Assembly (NCBI GenBank): GCA_973895155.1
Contig: OZ316899.1
Location: 9,794,287 to 9,858,286 of the forward strand
Source of the DNA: Marsupella aquatica
Taxonomy: Eukaryota; Plantae; Marchantiophyta
DNA: 64,000 nucleotides
Direction of reading: 5' to 3'
Part shown: positions 61,219 to 64,000 of the stretch, piece by piece
Position numbering within the stretch: the first letter of the stretch is position 1
Layout of the letters: the number at the start of each line of letters is the position of its first letter
Translations under genes and position numbers: made by a program
The notes under the pieces: generated by a model
Seen by the model: the letters and a program-made list of their open reading frames with translations, nothing else
Told to the model about the DNA's origin: nothing
The model's database searches: none

Positions 61219-64000
61219 GGGGTATGATAGCCATGACAAAAAACAGAAAACCTGTTACCAGGAATTTTTTTGCTATTAACAGTCAAATATAACTGTTACC
61301 AGTAAGCGATTCCCTGTTACCAGTTTTGCATCAACCATAGCCCTTTGGTCCGAATGAAAAACTACGCTAATCACAGAATTTTTCTTTAGTGAATTAGGTT
61401 TAAAACAAACAATTATTCTGTGCCATCCGATGGATGAAGAGTACTAGCAATCCTCCCTTGCAACAACATTTTGATCTGGAAGATAACTGAACACGGTATG
61501 GGGACTATACTCAATGAAACATTCATTCAAATATCACTATTCGTCCAAGCTAAAAAGTGAACCTTAGGGTGGGACCCACCACAAAACAAGTGAAGAGTAG
61601 TGTCCAAATGAACTCAATCAAAATGAGGTCCCTTAAATGGACCGAGTACCGTGACAAACAAATGACAAAACACCTCCTAACAATTTATTTCAGAATAATT
61701 GAATAAACGCGGCTTGAAAGATGAAACAAAATGATATCAACTTACACATTTTAAATAAAACATAGTGTAATGCTTACACTACACGCGTACATAATAAAAG
61801 CAGCGCCCGGCGCTAACCAAAAAATACTGAATAAAACAAGAAACATATCCGTTGGGTAAAGACAAAATAGTGACTATCCGTTATATTGAACGACCTATAC
61901 GGAAGTTTCGGCCCCTATTATAAGCCATTCAAGTTCTGTCTCTCCAATACAAGCCTGACTTCGCCCACAGTCAAAATTGGTTGGCTACAAAGAGTCGACT
62001 CCTCAACCTCAAGTTTGAAAACATTTATGTACACCCAGTATAGATGTTTACAAGACATGTACGACTTGCCACGCGAATGTCGTAGGAAGAAGTCCTCACA
62101 AGAGCAAGCAGGGAAGATACAGATTTGCACGAAGTACGTGCTTGGTGATCAAAGGTTCTCATGGGTTCGAATTCAAAATTGCTTTCCAAAAGCATTTCCA
62201 GTCCGAACATTCCATTCCCCATCCAAACTCATCTCTTCTTGTCGTGCAGACTCCATTCGCTTAGTGTGACCCACAGTGAGATTAGACCGAGGTCTTGAGT
62301 TCCTCCCATTCAGACCACCCAGCCGGACATTTGGCTCCAAAAACCTCATTGTTTCTGGGAACACGTTCACATTTATCCTGAGGTCAAACAAAGATGGCGC
62401 AGATCGACTCGATCCTGTTGTTCGGGCTAAGACAAGTCCTTGCTCTTCGAGGAATGTGATTTCAGAAGGAGATAAGTTCGTACCCTTCAGAACAGGCAAA
62501 ATTTCAGGAAGAGGAGGAAGCTGATGAACACCACGATGCGGATGACTCTTATAACAGGTTTGGTTTGGGCAGAACCAAATCATTTCGGAGATCGGTTTGC
62601 CCCTGAAGAGACGATGGCCCTTCACGACAATTCCAACAACACCGTCATACGAATGGAAGCCAACCTTCTTGATACGATTTCGACACTCATCGCGATCAGA
62701 ACTCCCATTGAGTGTCCCATTACACTAGGGACCTGCTCCATACTTGGACGTCCGTCGCAGCTGCCACTGCCCCAGAAGGACATCCTTCTCGAGCACAATC
62801 GTGCGTGGAAGTGGATTCTGAAGTGAGGCTGGTGCACTGAGCGGAGGTTTTGTGGATCTTGTTGTACGGGTTGTTTGAGGGGTATTTTCCAGTGAATCAG
62901 TATCACCATCTGATGTGTCCATACCAGAGAGATTCACCACTCTTGTCATAGGATCATTAGAATTAGAGGGAATGGAGGCAAGGTCAGTTCTGTTTAGGTT
63001 TTCCCTTTTCAAACCACAAGTATTTGGTGTGGTTATGAGAATGGTGTCATGCCGATGGGAGTCTTGTGGAGAGACATTCCCAGTTGCATGTCCTTTCTCT
63101 TCATTGACTTGGTCACGATATCTCCGTTAAGGGGAGTACTTCTTTCCAAATCAAAGTCCGTCGCGTTGGAAAGAAGCATGTTGGTCGCATCTTCAAATAA
63201 CCTCGACGAACCTGCTTGATTGGCGGAACGAAACGCCAATTCCCATATAGTCGGTCCCTTTCCTCTATTCAACCCTTTTCGATATGCACTGTATCCCACA
63301 ACTTGAGACAGGGCTCGGTTTTGGTCCACTTTGCATGCTTCAAAAAGACCAACTTTTTTCTTTGTAGCCCAGGCTTTCATAGACGCATGCCTTGATTCTG
63401 ACCCTGTATAGTTTGGAATCAAGGCACCTTCTTCTGCGCTTTTGCTCTGCCATAGTCTGAATGCAATAATCAGTACTAGCATTGTATTACCAGTGCCCGG
63501 CGCTGGCACCGACAAGTATTTATAACATACGTGAAATACAATTTAGATTATAATTCTGGAACTTTATGGACATGTTGGACTCAAATACGAGAAAATCATA
63601 CCAACACCTGGCGCTAATATAAAGTTGATGGAAATGAAAGACAAGAGAGGAGATGGATGTCATACCACTCGAATAAAATTGCCCCACTGGCGCCATCAAA
63701 CAACCCACCAGGATATCCAGCTTTGTAGCATCATGAGCTTTCCAGGGACACAGTTTCCTGATTGCCACCAAACCACAATCTTTCGGGACACGTGATACGC
63801 TACCACAAACATTGGAGCGTTTCTTAGTTTCTCCCAAAGTCTCCGATGTTACGATTGACATTCTTCAAGTACTCCTTCCTTGGAATGCCGATGGAAATAT
63901 TGATAAAAGTGAAATGCATCAGAGCGCTCCCTCTTCAGGTCTGGGTGTCCACCAAAAAAAACATTTCGCACAGCATTCCATCCAGCTTGTGCATTGTCCG
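61219..64000 (-). mobile_element. Mutator-like (MULE) element with transposase pseudogene, running off the window
   Basis: End GGGGTAT with CTGTTACCAG subterminal repeats at 61219-61325. The - strand frame from 63998 reads DNAQAGWNAVRNVF...RSDAFHFYQ (second catalytic D and (C/D)xxH), then W-rich WISWW..WRQW, a probable intron, and PNYTGSESRHASMK (catalytic E region). Confidence 0.8.

Overview
Eukaryotic land-plant genomic DNA, probably from a non-seed plant such as a bryophyte or liverwort (inference). The only intact host gene is an 18-exon class II formin (PTEN-like/C2-FH1-FH2) on the + strand at 8781-34461, about 1302 aa by my exon model. It is flanked by heavily nested transposon remnants: two related L1-type LINEs, a Helitron in the promoter, Ty1/copia elements (including a complete Bianca-like element with 175-bp LTRs and a CTTTA TSD), a PIF/Harbinger broken by a Mutator element, and several MITEs. 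The main observation is in the 13.4-kb formin intron 8 (13841-27218), which has no transposon hallmarks. It appears to hold a decayed ~12.4-kb endogenous negative-strand RNA virus. On the + strand is a Mononegavirales-like L gene whose RdRp motifs and PRNTase capping motifs (R..W...G, G-I-T, W, HR) survive in the expected order and spacing. Facing it on the - strand is a signal-peptide-bearing, Cys-rich, glycoprotein-like gene. A shared 19-nt motif sits as an inverted repeat between the two. All motif calls were made by eye and need profile-search confirmation.
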